Assembly (NCBI RefSeq): GCF_001194135.2
Contig: NC_068981.1
Location: 126,921,531-126,973,245, forward strand
Length of the DNA: 51,715 nt
Direction: 5' to 3'
Source: Octopus bimaculoides
Taxonomy: Eukaryota
Within the stretch, counting starts at the first letter, position 1; each line of letters begins with the position of its first letter. The notes beneath the pieces are model-generated. The model did no database searches and had not been told where the DNA came from. It saw only the letters and a list, made by a program, of their open reading frames with translations. The position numbers and the translations under genes are program-made. Shown here one piece after another: positions 49,570-51,715 of this stretch.

Positions 49570-49775
49570 TCATCATCATCGTTTAACGTCCGCTTTCCAT
49601 GCTAGCATGGGTTGGACGATTTGACTGAGGACTGGTGAACTAGATGGCTACACCAGGCTCCAATCTGATTTGGCAGAGTTTCTACAGCTGGATGCCCTTC
49701 CTAACGCCAACCACTCTGAGAGTGTAGTGGGTGCTTTTACGTGCCACCTGCACAGGAGCCAGTCCAGCAGTACTG
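49570..49775 (-). mobile_element. Young SINE/LINE tail with (GAT)n end
   Basis: CATCATCATCGTTTAACGTCCGC...GCTGGATGCCCTTCCTAACGCCAACCAC with CpGs retained. Confidence 0.85.
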
Positions 49776-49917
49776 ATGTTTTAGAAATTCTTTTAAAACC
49801 TGACAAAGTTCAATCACACAATACCTTCAGGACTTGAGGTCTTTCTCACATGTATGAAAGCGTGCGTGTGTAATAATTCTGCAACAACTACGTGATATAA
49901 TGCTTGCTTGTTTGCAG

Positions 49918-49980
49918 GTTCTTTCCTGTAAGAGCATAGCGTTTGAAGCATCAAGAACTATTAAAGAAGCGGCATTATAA
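49918..49980 (+). CDS. Candidate alternative terminal exon VLSCKSIAFEASRTIKEAAL*
   Basis: gcttgcttgtttgcAG acceptor followed by a 20-codon phase-0 frame ending in TAA. No firmly matched donor. Confidence 0.3.
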   Translation, partial: VLSCKSIAFEASRTIKEAAL

Positions 49981-50159
49981 AAATTTCACTTCTAAAACCT
50001 TTATTTCCAATTTTGAATGACTGAAAAAGGATAGGAGTTACATAATCACGTCATTCATTGATATTACACTGTACTCATCTAATGCTTTTACTCTAAAGCA
50101 TATGCATACTGAGTTTTAACAAATGGTTATTAGTATGTGAATATGTATATATGTTTGCA

Positions 50160-50190
<31 letters not shown>

Positions 50191-50369
50191 GTGTATTACT
50201 CCATTTATTAAATTTTTATATTTACTCAATTGCCCAAAATAACGGAGTTTCTACCTCATAGACAGGAGTTACACCACAGTCATTTTGTGATCTTTGCTAC
50301 CCTGGTATCTATTAACCAATTTATTTTGGCGGAGTTAATTATTAACTAAGAGAAAATAAATACATATAA

Positions 50370-50610
<241 letters not shown>

Positions 50611-51324
50611 ATAATGTTCAAATTCTTCTTGGTTGGTAATTTTACCTCTCATTCTTCTAGAATTAATAACATAAGCCTCAACTAGAACAATAAATTTAAT
50701 TCTAAGCCTTGTTTCTGTCTGTGTGTGTGTGTGTGTATAATATTCAGATTCTTCCGTAATTAACTTTACCTTTCACTCTTCTAGAATCAATAAAATAAGC
50801 CTCAACTAGAACACTAAATTTAATTTGAAGAAGCCTACCTCTTTGCTAAAAAAAAAAAACTGGCCTTGTTATTATTAAATAAGTTTTTTTCTTTCAAGAT
50901 CTAGTTGGTAAAATTGATTTGATATTCTATGAAACTAGCTTAAATAAACAAGTTTTATGGACTCGCCCATTTTTTCTCCTCTCCCCACCCCTCTATTTTC
51001 TATTAGTAGAAATTTATACATTCTCAAATATCTGTAAGAGTGTGGAATCTGGCTGGCTTCAGCATGTATAATTATATAACCAAATATAATGATGTAAACA
51101 ATTACTGTAGAAGTATTTTTATGTAAATTCTGTATGTTTGCTAACTTTACATACTTGGTATCTTTTTTATCTTTTACTTGTCTGATGTCAAATAAGTCAG
51201 TAATAAATTAATGATACCAAACAGACTGTATCAAAACCTCTTATACCTGATAAATATCTCTCAAATCTGCATGCTGGAAAAGGTAACCACATTGGTGAGA
51301 AAAACCTATAAATTACTCTTTACT

Positions 51325-51520
51325 CTTTTACTTGTTTCAGTCATTTGACTGCGGCCATGCTGGAGCACCGCCTTTAGTCGAGCAAATCAACCCCGGGACT
51401 TATTCTTTGTAAGCCTAGTACTTATTCTATCGGTCTCTTTTGCCGAACCGCTAAGTGACGGGGACATAAACACACCAGCATCGGTTGTCAAGCAATGCTA
51501 AGGGGACAAACACACATAGA
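51325..51520 (-). mobile_element. Young SINE tail
   Basis: TTACTTGTTTCAGTCATTTGACTGCGGCCATGCTGGAGCACCGCC...GCCGAACCGCTAAG. Confidence 0.85.
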
Positions 51521-51715
51521 CATATGACAACCGCTCCATCTTGACAGACGATAGCCATCCCATCAACAATCCACACATATCATCACGCAGTACAATCACT
51601 CCGTTGGTGAGCCCTCAAGTGACTTTGAAGTCCGGCTGCTGAGCGACAAGGTCTACAGCACAGATGACAAATGTTCAAGCCTCTTGATCCTTGCTCGCTG
51701 GTATCTGATTCTAAG

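Overview
AT-rich, repeat-dense eukaryotic genomic DNA from a gapped draft assembly (8 N-runs). The SINE families, microsatellite load and intron sizes look cephalopod, probably Octopus (inference, no database search). The main finding is a plus-strand spliced gene reconstructed by hand: 13 exons from 25393 to 47411 join in frame at all 12 GT-AG junctions. They give about 677 aa of a Ser/Asn/Thr-rich low-complexity region followed by a predicted coiled-coil C-terminus, and I cannot name the protein. An isolated coding-like exon at 3882 and two weaker candidates (9694, 14800) may be its 5' part or belong to a separate gene. A CpG-retaining block (about 17170-23520) carries TTAGGG-like repeats and a clustered inverted-repeat family and may be a promoter/intergenic domain. 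The rest is transposon debris: tRNA-derived SINEs, RTE and CR1-type LINE fragments, a Penelope-like end with a degenerate hammerhead motif, two hAT transposase fossils, a nearly complete but broken Tc1 (DD34E) transposase and MITEs. Most supplied ORFs are artefacts of N-runs, microsatellites or repeats. I found no prokaryote-type system, CRISPR array or intact RNA gene, and no clear evidence of a wholly new biological system. TE boundaries are approximate.
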